Virus record (IMG/VR): IMGVR_UViG_3300027804_000064 | Location: 6,550-70,549 of that record | DNA from: a virus | DNA length: 64,000 nt | Strand: one strand, 5' to 3' | In this document: in pieces, positions 54,958-64,000 of the stretch | Layout of the letters: each line of letters begins with the position of its first letter | Numbering within the stretch: position 1 is the first letter of the stretch | Made by a program: the position numbers and the translations under genes | The notes under the pieces: model-generated | Databases searched by the model: none | The model's input: only the letters and a program-made list of their open reading frames with translations | Told to the model about the DNA's origin: nothing

Positions 54958-56459
54958 TGCTTGACCTTGATGTGAGTGAAGTAGACTCCGTGAATGTGCG
55001 TGTTGACTGCAATCGCGGCATCGCACAGGAACTGTCTGACTATTTCACATTCAAGGTGCCAGGCTACAAGTTCATGCCCGCGTATCGCGCACGGCTGTGG
55101 AACGGTGAGATTAAACTGTTCAATGTCCACACAGGCTTGGTGTACGCAGGACTCACAGACTACATTCAGAAATTTGCGGAGGATCGCGGCTACTCCGTGA
55201 CTCTGCCCACACGAAACGCGCACCGCATCTCTCCCGAGTCGGTAAGAAAATTCATGCACGATTTCTTACGGGTCACGGTGGGTGGCAAGCGCGTAGACCC
55301 ACACGAACACCAAGTGAATGCGGTGCATCACGCGCTGAACGAGGAGCGGTGCTTGCTCTTGTCGCCCACAGGCAGCGGAAAAAGCCTTATCATCTACACG
55401 CTCATCCGCTACTACTTGGACAAGATTCCGCAGGACAAGAAGATACTCATCGTGGTTCCCACCGTTTCACTGGTGGAGCAGATGGTTTCGGACTTTTCGG
55501 ATTACTCGTCCGCGAACGGGTGGGACACGGACACGCACTGCCACAAGATAATGGCAGGCGCAGACAAGGGCACGGACAAGCGCGTGGTGGTGTCCACATG
55601 GCAGAGCGTGTACAAGCAGAGCGAAAAGTGGTTTCACCAGTTCAGTGCGGTGATTGGTGACGAAGCCCACCTGTTCAAGTCCAAGTCGCTCACCTCCATC
55701 ATGTCCAAACTAAAGACCTGTCCGTTCCGCGTAGGCACAACAGGCACACTTGACGGCACACAGACCCACCGCCTTGTGCTTGAGGGGCTGTTTGGACGCG
55801 CCTACGAGGTCACGAAGACCAAGGCTCTCATGGAGCAGAAAATCTTGAGCGACCTGAAAATCGACTGCTTGCTGCTGTCGTACCCTGACTTGGATCGTGA
55901 AGCGGTCAAACGCGCCAAGTATCAGGACGAGATCAAGTGGATCATTGGCTCTCCGCGCCGAAACGCATTCATTGCGAATATGTGCAAGCGGTTGAAGGGC
56001 AACTCCCTTATACTATTTCAATTCGTTGAAGACCACGGAAAAGTCCTAAATAGTCTTGTGAGGGATTGCGTTCCTCCCGAACGCAAGGTATTCTTTGTGC
56101 ATGGTGGCACCGAGGCTGCGGACAGAGAGGAGATTCGCAAGATTGTTGAAACCGAATCCGATGCAATCATCATTGCGTCCTACGGCACATTCAGCACAGG
56201 TATCTCTATTCGCCGCCTCCACAATATCATATTTGCTTCGCCATCCAAGTCCCGTATCCGCGTTCTACAGAGCATCGGACGACAGTTGCGCGTATCACAG
56301 GACAAGACCACGGCGAAACTTTACGATTTGGGTGACGACCTGTCATGGAAAACTTGGAAAAACCACACATTACGGCACATGAACGAGCGTATGAAACTGT
56401 ATGAAGCCGAAGGCTTTGAGTACCGACTTGTCAAAATTACACTAGGAGAAGACCTATGA
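54957..56459 (+). CDS. uvsW: UvsW DNA helicase
   Basis: F.F.VPG.KFMP.YR...W.G.I.L, SPTGSGKS, STWQS, GDEAH, GTTGT, QSIGR.LR. Confidence 0.97.
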   Translation: MLDLDVSEVDSVNVRVDCNRGIAQELSDYFTFKVPGYKFMPAYRARLWNGEIKLFNVHTGLVYAGLTDYIQKFAEDRGYSVTLPTRNAHRISPESVRKFMHDFLRVTVGGKRVDPHEHQVNAVHHALNEERCLLLSPTGSGKSLIIYTLIRYYLDKIPQDKKILIVVPTVSLVEQMVSDFSDYSSANGWDTDTHCHKIMAGADKGTDKRVVVSTWQSVYKQSEKWFHQFSAVIGDEAHLFKSKSLTSIMSKLKTCPFRVGTTGTLDGTQTHRLVLEGLFGRAYEVTKTKALMEQKILSDLKIDCLLLSYPDLDREAVKRAKYQDEIKWIIGSPRRNAFIANMCKRLKGNSLILFQFVEDHGKVLNSLVRDCVPPERKVFFVHGGTEAADREEIRKIVETESDAIIIASYGTFSTGISIRRLHNIIFASPSKSRIRVLQSIGRQLRVSQDKTTAKLYDLGDDLSWKTWKNHTLRHMNERMKLYEAEGFEYRLVKITLGEDL

Positions 56460-57283
56460 GCAGACGAAAAAAGGATGAACTACGGGTCTTCAAGTTGCGT
56501 AGCGGCGAGGAGATCATTGCCAAGGTCGCGGGAAAGACGCGGGACAAGATCAAACTGTCCCGCCCCATGCGCGTGATGAACAACATACAGGCTGATCCGT
56601 ACACAGGCACCAAGCGACACACAATCTTCTTTTCCGATTGGCTTGGCTCCACATCGGAAATCACTGCCGACATCCCGTTGGACTTCATCGTGGTTGACCT
56701 GTCGCCTGATCCTGACATGATCAGCCTGTACACTCGTCAGACCGAAATGGCAGACGCTGTGCCTGGTCCTGCGCCACTTGCCCCTCCCGTGGAAATGACG
56801 GACGAGGAGATGAAGGCACTGTCGGACGAGGTAGACAAGAAACTTGAGGATATGCTGAAGCAGTTGGCATCGGAGGGCATGACGGGGGAATCTCCCGTGC
56901 AGGGCATGAAGCCCCCGATGTTCCCACCACTCATTCCTCCCCGTCCCGAGGGCATCCTGTTCTCCGTGAGTATTCCGAATGAAATACTCGTGTCGTGGAT
57001 GGAGAGCGGACTCCTTGACTACTTGAAGGATTCGGTTGAGGACTTCATGTCCACCGAGTTTCTTGAGCAAATGATGAACGATGACGAGGACGAGATTCCG
57101 CAGAAGCCCAAGAAAGCCAAGAAGAAGAACAAGCGGGAAAAGATTTCCAAGGAAGAGTGGACTGAACCCGCCGAAGACCTGAAGAAGAAGCCCAACTACG
57201 GCAACAGCCACGATGACTGGTCGCCGTATCTGAAGGACTATTTAGATACACCCGAACCCCCCAAAAATGAGGGAGAGGGTTGA
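56456..57283 (+). CDS. hypothetical protein with Sm-like N-terminus and acidic/Pro-rich tail
   Basis: KL.SGEEIIA motif; usual position between uvsW and gp55. Confidence 0.7.
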   Translation: MSRRKKDELRVFKLRSGEEIIAKVAGKTRDKIKLSRPMRVMNNIQADPYTGTKRHTIFFSDWLGSTSEITADIPLDFIVVDLSPDPDMISLYTRQTEMADAVPGPAPLAPPVEMTDEEMKALSDEVDKKLEDMLKQLASEGMTGESPVQGMKPPMFPPLIPPRPEGILFSVSIPNEILVSWMESGLLDYLKDSVEDFMSTEFLEQMMNDDEDEIPQKPKKAKKKNKREKISKEEWTEPAEDLKKKPNYGNSHDDWSPYLKDYLDTPEPPKNEGEG

Positions 57284-57308
57284 CTTCAGACAACTGATGG
57301 TGCATAAT
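57280..57308 (+). promoter_or_regulatory. sigma70-like promoter for gp55
   Basis: TTGACT-17 nt-CATAAT, 20 nt upstream of the ATG. Confidence 0.72.
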
Positions 57309-57328
57309 GTGACTGCGAAAGGAATACG

Positions 57329-57928
57329 ATGGCAAAGAAGAAGAGTGACCACTACATAGACAACGCACAGTTTTTTGAAGAGATGCGAGCGTGGAAAACG
57401 CTTGTGACGGCAGCAGACAAGGCGGGTGAGCGGCATCCTCCCGTGACAAACTACATTGGTGAGTGCTTTATGAAGATTGCGGAGAACCTGTCCCGCAAGC
57501 CCAACTTCATCAACTACCCGTACCGTGACGAGATGATTGCGGACGGCATTGAGAACTGCCTGCTGTACGCTTACAACTTTGACCCATCCAAGTCCAAGAA
57601 CCCGTTCTCGTATTTCACGCAGATCATCTACTACGCTTTCCTTCGCCGCATTCAGAAGGAGAAGAAGCAAGCGTACATCAAACTGAAGAAGATTGAGATG
57701 AGTGATGTAGACTCGCAGATGAAGAAGTGGTTCCGCGAGAACTTCCTCAAGGTGGGCGACAACTTTGAAACCCTGCCCACATTCCTGACAGAGAACGACA
57801 TTGATTCGTTTGAGAAGAAGACGGGCGAGGCTGAAGCGGAAGCACCGCCAGCAAAGACAGCAAAGCCCAAGAAGGCGGCAAAGCCCAAGAAGCCAGCCAA
57901 GCCTGCCAAGAAAGGCAAGAAGAAGTGA
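57329..57928 (+). CDS. 55: late transcription sigma factor
   Basis: HY.DN..F, YIGECF.KIA..LS.KPNF.NY.YRDEMI.DGIENCL.Y..NFDP.KS.NPF.YFTQIIYYAFLRRI.KEKKQ. Confidence 0.97.
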   Translation: MAKKKSDHYIDNAQFFEEMRAWKTLVTAADKAGERHPPVTNYIGECFMKIAENLSRKPNFINYPYRDEMIADGIENCLLYAYNFDPSKSKNPFSYFTQIIYYAFLRRIQKEKKQAYIKLKKIEMSDVDSQMKKWFRENFLKVGDNFETLPTFLTENDIDSFEKKTGEAEAEAPPAKTAKPKKAAKPKKPAKPAKKGKKK

Positions 57929-58989
57929 AGATTGCCATTGTGACTGATACGCACTTTGGTGCGCGTAACGATTCTCCCGTATTCATGGAACACTTCATGC
58001 GGTTCTTTGACCGCGTGTTCTTTCCGCGTATTGCAGCGGAGGGAATCACCACGATCATTCACATGGGTGACTTTCTTGACCGCCGCAAGTTCGTGAACTT
58101 CCTGACCCTTAACGCCGTCCGCAACGGATTCATCAAGCGGCTTGAGGAAAGCGGTGCGACCATGCACTGCATTCTTGGCAACCACGACATCTTCTTCAAG
58201 AACAAGAGCGAGGTGAACTCGCTGCAAGAACTGTTCTCCGACAAGTTCGTGGTGTACGACAAGCCCACCACCGTTGAGTTTGACGGCTTGCCCATCGCGC
58301 TGCTGCCGTGGATCAACAAGGAGAACGAGGCAGAATCCCTGAAGTTCATTGCAGAGACTCCCGCAGACATTCTGTGCGGACACCTTGAACTGAACGGTTA
58401 CCAAGTGCTGCGGAACACGCCGTTTGACGGGGGCATGAGTCCTGATCCGTTCAAGCGGTTTTCTGCGGTGTACACGGGACACTTCCACACGCGGCACTCC
58501 CGCGAGAACATCCACTACTTGGGATGCCCGTATCAAATTACGATGAACGACTACGGTGACAAGAAGGGGTTCCATATCCTTGACACCGAAACCCGTGAGT
58601 TGGAGTTCGTGAAGAATCCCCATACCATCTTCACGCAGATCCGCTACGATGACACCGATGCCAGCGAGACTGTTCCTCTGTCCGTGGAGGAAGAGCGCAC
58701 TCGCGGCAAGTTTGTGCGTATCATCGTGGAGAAGAAGACGAAGCCGTACCTGTTTGAGAAATTCATCGACTCGGTGTACGCTTCCGCTCCTCACGGGGTC
58801 ACGATCATTGAAGACCTGCAACCCGATCAAAACGGGGACAGCGACCTTGTGGATTTGGGTGAAGACACCATCACCATCATCAACAAGGAGATTGAAGCCC
58901 TTCAGAATATTTCCGATCCCAAGCGATTGAAGACCCTTGTGCGTGACCTGTACGCGGAGTGCCTTGCCAACGAGACAGCCAAGCCATGA
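57925..58989 (+). CDS. 47: recombination nuclease subunit (Mre11/SbcD-like)
   Basis: DTHFG, GD..DRRK, GNHD, GHLE, GHFH phosphoesterase motifs. Confidence 0.96.
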   Translation: MKIAIVTDTHFGARNDSPVFMEHFMRFFDRVFFPRIAAEGITTIIHMGDFLDRRKFVNFLTLNAVRNGFIKRLEESGATMHCILGNHDIFFKNKSEVNSLQELFSDKFVVYDKPTTVEFDGLPIALLPWINKENEAESLKFIAETPADILCGHLELNGYQVLRNTPFDGGMSPDPFKRFSAVYTGHFHTRHSRENIHYLGCPYQITMNDYGDKKGFHILDTETRELEFVKNPHTIFTQIRYDDTDASETVPLSVEEERTRGKFVRIIVEKKTKPYLFEKFIDSVYASAPHGVTIIEDLQPDQNGDSDLVDLGEDTITIINKEIEALQNISDPKRLKTLVRDLYAECLANETAKP

Positions 58990-60698
58990 TTACATTCAAT
59001 AAAATCCGTTGGAAGAACCTGTTGAGTACGGGTAATGTGTTTACAGAAGTGCAGTTGGACAAGCACTCCACCACCCTTATCTGTGGAGAGAACGGTGCGG
59101 GCAAGACCACCATGTTGGATGCTCTCACCTTTGTGCTGTACGGCAAGCCCTTCCGCAACATCAATCTGCCACAGATCGTGAACACCATCAACGGCAAGGA
59201 CTGCGTGGTGGAGATTGAGTTCGCCTCCAACAGCAGCAAGTACAAGGTTACCCGTGGGCTGTCTCCAAAGGTGTTTACCATTGAGAAGGACGGCAAGGAA
59301 ATTCCGCAGACCGCGAATGCGAAGGACTACCAAGCGGTTCTTGAGGGGCAAATCCTCAAGATGAACTACAAGACATTCTGCCAAGTGGTGATTCTTGGCT
59401 CCACGAACTATGTGCCGTTCATGCGGTTGCCTGCTGCGGATCGCCGCAACATCGTGGAAAACCTGTTGGACATTGATGTGTTCTCAAAAATGAACGAGGC
59501 ACTGAAGTCTCGCATCACCACCACGAAGGAAGAGTTGCGCTCCGTGGAGTCCACCATTTCCACGGTGAAACTCAAGATTGAACACAAGGCAGACATGATT
59601 GCGAAGATTGAGGAGAAGTCCGACTCGCAACTGCAATCGTATGGGAAGTCTGCTGCGGACGAACAGGCTACCCTTCAGGGGCTGCTTGAGCGGAAGGCTG
59701 AACTGCAAACCGAGATTGCCGCACTTGCGGAGAGCGTGGCATCGGTGGACAAGCAGCGGGACTCTATCTCACAAATGATGTCCCTACGCAAGCAGATGCA
59801 GGGCAATGTGAAGAAGGTGCAGGACGAGCGGGCGTTCTATGAGCAGAACGAGGAATGTCCTGTGTGCAAACACGGATTGCCTGATGAGTTCCGTCAGGAC
59901 ATGATCGGCAAGAAGGAGTCGCGTGAGACTGAACTGGCACTCGCCCTACAGAAGATGGAGCGGATGCTTGAGGACGCACGCACCAAACTTGACATCACCA
60001 ACGATGTTGTAAAGCAGATGGACGACAAGCGGCAGGAATCCCACAAGACCGATTCCGCGATTGTGTCTTCCAAGAAGTACCTAAAGCAGTTGCAGGAACT
60101 GTCGGAGAAGGTGCAGCGGGAAAAGGCTTCCATTCAGACCGAGCGGGATGCCATGACCACGCTGCAAACCGAAGAGGTGGATGCGGAGGCGCAGAAGAAG
60201 GAATTCGTTGAGGACTTGCACACGATGGAGATTGCCACGGTGCTGCTGAAGGACAGCGGTATCAAGCGCAAGATCATTCGTAAATACATTCCTGCACTAA
60301 ACAAAATCATAAACAAGTACTTGATTTCAATGGACTTCTTTGCACAGTTTACCCTGAACGAGGACTTCAATGAAATAATCAAGAGCCGTCACCGTGACGA
60401 GTTCTCCTACGATAATTTCAGTGAGGGTGAAAAATTGAGAATCGACCTTTCACTCTTGCTTGCGTGGCGAGACATCGCTAGAATGAAGAACTGTGCCAAC
60501 ACCAATCTACTCATCTTGGACGAAGTATTTGACTCCTCTCTTGATGCCGTGGGCACAGAAGAGGTAATTAAGATTCTTCAGAGCATGGGCGGAAGCAACA
60601 ATATATTTGTGATCTCTCACAAGTCTGACCAATTGCTAGATAAGTTCCAGAACATACTGACCTACAAAAAGGTCAACAACTTCAGCAAACTATGCTAA
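58986..60698 (+). CDS. 46: recombination ATPase subunit (Rad50/SbcC-like)
   Basis: GENGAGKTT, coiled coil with CPVC hook, FSEGEK signature, LILDE, ISH. Confidence 0.97.
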   Translation: MITFNKIRWKNLLSTGNVFTEVQLDKHSTTLICGENGAGKTTMLDALTFVLYGKPFRNINLPQIVNTINGKDCVVEIEFASNSSKYKVTRGLSPKVFTIEKDGKEIPQTANAKDYQAVLEGQILKMNYKTFCQVVILGSTNYVPFMRLPAADRRNIVENLLDIDVFSKMNEALKSRITTTKEELRSVESTISTVKLKIEHKADMIAKIEEKSDSQLQSYGKSAADEQATLQGLLERKAELQTEIAALAESVASVDKQRDSISQMMSLRKQMQGNVKKVQDERAFYEQNEECPVCKHGLPDEFRQDMIGKKESRETELALALQKMERMLEDARTKLDITNDVVKQMDDKRQESHKTDSAIVSSKKYLKQLQELSEKVQREKASIQTERDAMTTLQTEEVDAEAQKKEFVEDLHTMEIATVLLKDSGIKRKIIRKYIPALNKIINKYLISMDFFAQFTLNEDFNEIIKSRHRDEFSYDNFSEGEKLRIDLSLLLAWRDIARMKNCANTNLLILDEVFDSSLDAVGTEEVIKILQSMGGSNNIFVISHKSDQLLDKFQNILTYKKVNNFSKLC

Positions 60699-60700
60699 CC

Positions 60701-61810
60701 ATGAGTCGGAAAATCTCAAACGAACGAGCGCGAAACATTCTGTCAGGTGGGGCAGAACCACAGTATGATCCCACTACAAAGGCGGAAGACCTTGATCTCG
60801 TACTTGAAAAATCCCTGTACTGGTACCGACAGAACTACAAACTCGCGGCTGCAAAGTCGTGGGTGCGGGAATACTTGGAGCAGAACGGGCGCGGTGAAGA
60901 CGCAGCACTCGTTACCCGTGCAGGAAAAGAACATTTCCGATTCGTGTCTCCATATTGCCGCATGGCTGTTCGGGGTTTCCCGTTCGGAGAGAAGCAGCAA
61001 GAACTGATTCAGAAGCACCTCGGGGAACTGCTAGACAGTGCCCGTTCCCATGCCCCTGCCGTGGAGCGTCCAAGCGTTGCCGACCGTGTGGCGGCAAAGG
61101 CAGATGCCACCCTGTGCCTTTTGGAGCCTGTAATCGACACCGCCATGACTGCGGTGCGCGGCGGCAAGCGCAAGGACACCTCCCTGCTAGAGTGGATCAA
61201 GACCAGTGACCTGAATCGTCCGCTGGCGATGGCTGTGCGTGAGCGGTTGGACGCTGTTCTTCAGGAGTTTGTGGGCGCAAGCAGCGGCGATCCTGACCTG
61301 AAGGAAGGGTACTCCCACTTTAGCCCCAAGGGGCTGAAGTACATGATTGAAATACTTCAGGGCGCAATTCAAAATTTGGATGACCGCATCGGTGTACTCC
61401 GTGCGTCCCGCAAGCCCCGCAAGCGCAAGCCCAAGAGCGCGGAAAAGCAAATAAAGGGACTGAAGTTCATGTCAAGAAACGAGAGTTTCGGAGTTGACTC
61501 CGTGAAGCCAGAGGCTATCATTGGGGCACAAGGACTCATCGTGTTCAACACCAAGAACAACAAGGCAACCGTATTCATCGCAGTTGAGCCGAAGAGCGGA
61601 CTCGCGGTGAAGGGTTCTACCCTTGTTGGGTACGATTCCGCAAAGTCCTACGAGAAGACCGTGCGTAAGCCTGACGAGTTCCTGAAGAACACGGACGGTT
61701 GCCGCAAGACTTTTGCCGCTGCGGTGCGTTACCTCAACGGCGTGAAGACCAAGAGTGCCGAACCAACGGGGCGTGTAAACAAGCACTGCCTACTCCTACA
61801 GGTGAACTAA
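60701..61810 (+). CDS. conserved hypothetical protein
   Basis: Long ORF with coherent codon usage; EGYSH, RKPRK.K....Q, IIGA, FNTK, KT.RKP, GR.N....LL. Start may be 60692. Confidence 0.7.
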   Translation: MSRKISNERARNILSGGAEPQYDPTTKAEDLDLVLEKSLYWYRQNYKLAAAKSWVREYLEQNGRGEDAALVTRAGKEHFRFVSPYCRMAVRGFPFGEKQQELIQKHLGELLDSARSHAPAVERPSVADRVAAKADATLCLLEPVIDTAMTAVRGGKRKDTSLLEWIKTSDLNRPLAMAVRERLDAVLQEFVGASSGDPDLKEGYSHFSPKGLKYMIEILQGAIQNLDDRIGVLRASRKPRKRKPKSAEKQIKGLKFMSRNESFGVDSVKPEAIIGAQGLIVFNTKNNKATVFIAVEPKSGLAVKGSTLVGYDSAKSYEKTVRKPDEFLKNTDGCRKTFAAAVRYLNGVKTKSAEPTGRVNKHCLLLQVN

Positions 61811-62658
61811 TGATTTTGGTTGACAACACGCAGGTTCTGATGTCCTCCATCTTTGCACAGACGCGAGATGTGGGCACGATTGACGAGAGCCTTGTGCGGC
61901 ACATGGTGCTGAACACATACAGAATGTACCGCAAGAAGTTCTTCCGTGAATACGGTGAACTTGTGATCTGTCAGGACGGTGGCGCGTCTTGGCGGCGGCA
62001 GTTCTTCCCCCTGTACAAGGCACGGCGGCGGGCGGATCGGAAGGAAAACGAGGAGCAGTGGACGCGCTTCTACGAGATAATGAACAAGATCCGCGATGAA
62101 GTCGCGGAGTTCATGCCGTATCGGAATGTGCTTGTGGACGGCTGTGAAGCCGATGATGTGATTGCATTCCTTGTGAAGCGGTACGCGCCCACGGAGAAGG
62201 TGCTGATCTTGAGCGGCGACAAGGACTTTGGGCAACTGCTCATCCATCCCAATGCAGCGCAGTACGCCCCCCTGCTGAAGAAGTTCATCACGGTGGACAA
62301 TCCGCAGCGATTCCTGCTTGAGCATATTGTCAAGGGCGATTCTTCGGACGGGGTTCCAAACATCCTGTCTGACGATGACTGCTTCATGGCAGAAGACAAG
62401 CGACAGAAGCCCATCACCAAGAAGCGGATGGACGAACTGCTACAGCATTACGCACAGCACGGTGTTGTGCAGGACAAGCATCAGGCGAATTGGAATCGCA
62501 ACAAGACCCTGATTGACTTGCTCCATATTCCACAAGAGTACGAGTCAAAGATTGAAACCGAGTGGAATAAACCTTTTACACCCTCTCGCGCCAAGATTCT
62601 GAACTACATGATAGAGAAGGGGCTACGCAACTTGATTGAGGACATTGGAGATTTCTAA
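61810..62658 (+). CDS. rnh: RNase H / 5'-3' exonuclease (FEN family)
   Basis: MILVD, WR..FFP.YK..R, EADD.I, ILSGDKDF.QL, KGD.SDGVPN.LS. Confidence 0.95.
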   Translation: MILVDNTQVLMSSIFAQTRDVGTIDESLVRHMVLNTYRMYRKKFFREYGELVICQDGGASWRRQFFPLYKARRRADRKENEEQWTRFYEIMNKIRDEVAEFMPYRNVLVDGCEADDVIAFLVKRYAPTEKVLILSGDKDFGQLLIHPNAAQYAPLLKKFITVDNPQRFLLEHIVKGDSSDGVPNILSDDDCFMAEDKRQKPITKKRMDELLQHYAQHGVVQDKHQANWNRNKTLIDLLHIPQEYESKIETEWNKPFTPSRAKILNYMIEKGLRNLIEDIGDF

Positions 62659-62837
62659 TGCAAGACCGTTTTGACTACGACAGCCGTGATCCCGCTGCAA
62701 AGAAGGCGCGAAAGAGCGTGGAGCAGAAGCACAAGAGCCGCATCCGTCACGATGAAAAAGAAAACCTGAAGCGATTCGTGGAAGACTACAACGCAGGAAA
62801 GCGAGATTTTGATTATGACAACGAAGACGAAGACTAA
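62658..62837 (+). CDS. small charged hypothetical protein (59 aa)
   Basis: Manual translation MQDRFDYDSRDPAAKKARKSVEQKHKSRIRHDEKENLKRFVEDYNAGKRDFDYDNEDED; TAATG coupling to rnh; GGAG RBS. Confidence 0.65.
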   Translation: MQDRFDYDSRDPAAKKARKSVEQKHKSRIRHDEKENLKRFVEDYNAGKRDFDYDNEDED

Positions 62838-63516
62838 CTCAATAAAGATCAGCAAGCGCACCCTTGATACTCTCAAGAATTTTGCCGCCATTAATTCTGG
62901 CATTCTTGTGAACGAGGGCAGCACCCTGAACACCCTGTCATCCACCAAGAACATTCTTGCCGAGGCACGGGTGGACGAGGTATTTACGAAGTCCTTTGCC
63001 ATTTGGGATCTGAACAAGTTCCTTGGCACGGTCAGCCTGTTCAAGGATCCCGAGTTCGTGTTTGAGGACAACTACATCACGGTGAAGAGCGCGAACAGCA
63101 GCGTTCGTTACTACTACTGTGATCCCAAGTTGGTGACTTCCACAAGCAAGAAGATTGCCATGCCCAACCCTGTGGTGAAGTTTGACCTGTCTGCCAAGGA
63201 TTTTGCTGAAGTGGTCAAGGCGGCATCGGTGCTTCAGGTGGGACACCTGTGCGTCCGCTCGTCCGAGGACGGCAAGCGGATTGAACTTGCAGCCACGGAC
63301 AAGACCGATGTGACTTCCAACTTCTATTCGGTCACCGTGGGAGACAACACTTCTGGTGCCACATTTGAGTTCATCTTTGATGTGGACAACCTGAAGATTC
63401 TGCCTGGCGACTATTCGGTTGCCATTTCGGAAAAAGTGGTTTCGTCTTTCACGAACAAGAATGAACCGCTCACTTATTGGATTGCCCTGAACGCTGACTC
63501 TACTTACGAGGCTTGA
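62815..63516 (+). CDS. 45: DNA polymerase sliding clamp
   Basis: S..T...LKNFA.IN.GI...G, FAI.DLN.FL, NLK.LPGDY.V.IS, YWIAL..DS. Confidence 0.95.
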   Translation: MTTKTKTNSIKISKRTLDTLKNFAAINSGILVNEGSTLNTLSSTKNILAEARVDEVFTKSFAIWDLNKFLGTVSLFKDPEFVFEDNYITVKSANSSVRYYYCDPKLVTSTSKKIAMPNPVVKFDLSAKDFAEVVKAASVLQVGHLCVRSSEDGKRIELAATDKTDVTSNFYSVTVGDNTSGATFEFIFDVDNLKILPGDYSVAISEKVVSSFTNKNEPLTYWIALNADSTYEA

Positions 63517-63518
63517 TC

Positions 63519-64000
63519 TTGAATACAACTGAAACCGTGAAGGGATTGTGGGTTGAGAAGTGGCGACCACAGACCGTGGAAGACTGCATTCTGCCAACGG
63601 AAACGCATGAGAGTTTCATGCGGATGGTTGAGCGGGGAGAACCACAGAACCTCCTGTTGTCGGGAGGACCAGGCTGTGGCAAGACCTCCGTGGCGAAGGC
63701 ACTGTGCAATGATCTTGGTTGCGATACCATGACCATTAACTGCTCCGAGGACGGGAACATTGACACCCTCCGCACAAAGATCAGGAGTTTTGCTTCCACC
63801 GTTTCTCTGACCGATGGGGTCAAGAAGGTAGTGATACTGGACGAGTTTGACTACTCAAACGCGCAGTCCACTCAACCCGCCCTTCGCGGTTTCATGGAAG
63901 AGTTTTCGGACAACTGCCGCTTCATCCTGACTTGCAACTTCAAGAACAGGGTGATTGAGCCGCTGCACTCCCGATGCACTTGTATTGATTTCAGGATTCC
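63519..64000 (+). CDS. 44: clamp loader large subunit (3' truncated by window end)
   Basis: Manual translation: LWVEKWRPQTVEDCILP, GGPGCGKT, IN.S, ILDEFD, QPALR.F.EEF, FILTCN, LHSRC. Confidence 0.95.
   Translation, partial: MNTTETVKGLWVEKWRPQTVEDCILPTETHESFMRMVERGEPQNLLLSGGPGCGKTSVAKALCNDLGCDTMTINCSEDGNIDTLRTKIRSFASTVSLTDGVKKVVILDEFDYSNAQSTQPALRGFMEEFSDNCRFILTCNFKNRVIEPLHSRCTCIDFRI

Noticed and set aside
43138-56459. Inteins, introns or homing endonucleases in gp17, gp20, gp23 or uvsW
   Set aside because: The ORFs are continuous and of ordinary length, with no splicing or endonuclease motifs seen.
57652-58830. Long antisense ORFs (392 aa here; also 17143-18153, 46254-47102, 47872-48723, 44805-45638)
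   Set aside because: They lie opposite well-conserved genes, lack recognisable motifs, and are expected from the codon bias of the sense genes.
1-64000. Alternative genetic code (stop-codon reassignment)
   Set aside because: Core genes translate full length under the standard code, and TAA, TGA and TAG all occur as true ends (TAG ends the gp26-like gene).

Overview
This window is 64 kb of a T4-like (Tevenvirinae-related, cyanomyovirus-style gene order) contractile-tailed phage genome, probably environmental. It opens with a short minus-strand block (gp4, gp2, gp54, gp26/gp51). A long plus-strand virion module follows: gp48, gp53, hub, gp5, fibre and collagen-like genes, PAAR, gp25, gp6, gp7, gp8, a VrlC-like protein, four large fibre/adhesin genes, gp13-gp23 and gp3. 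It ends with replication, recombination and transcription genes (uvsY, dCMP deaminase, uvsW, gp55, gp47, gp46, RNase H, gp45, partial gp44). No tRNA, rRNA, CRISPR array, intron, intein or transposase was recognised. The main observations are: (1) a -1 frameshift signal (U UUU UUU, 5-nt spacer, hairpin) that would join the gp26-like gene to a gp51-like frame; (2) a G-x-[T/S/C] tripeptide scattered through most virion proteins, with Cys at the Thr position, a candidate virion-wide modification sequon; (3) a PAAR spike tip fused to about 550 extra residues; (4) a gp7 with nested insertions that appear to split a domain across two genes; (5) a TA[A/C]ATA late promoter with apparently leaderless genes, and a hairpin that would block uvsY translation on read-through RNA. 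All calls come from motif recognition and synteny; no database search was run.
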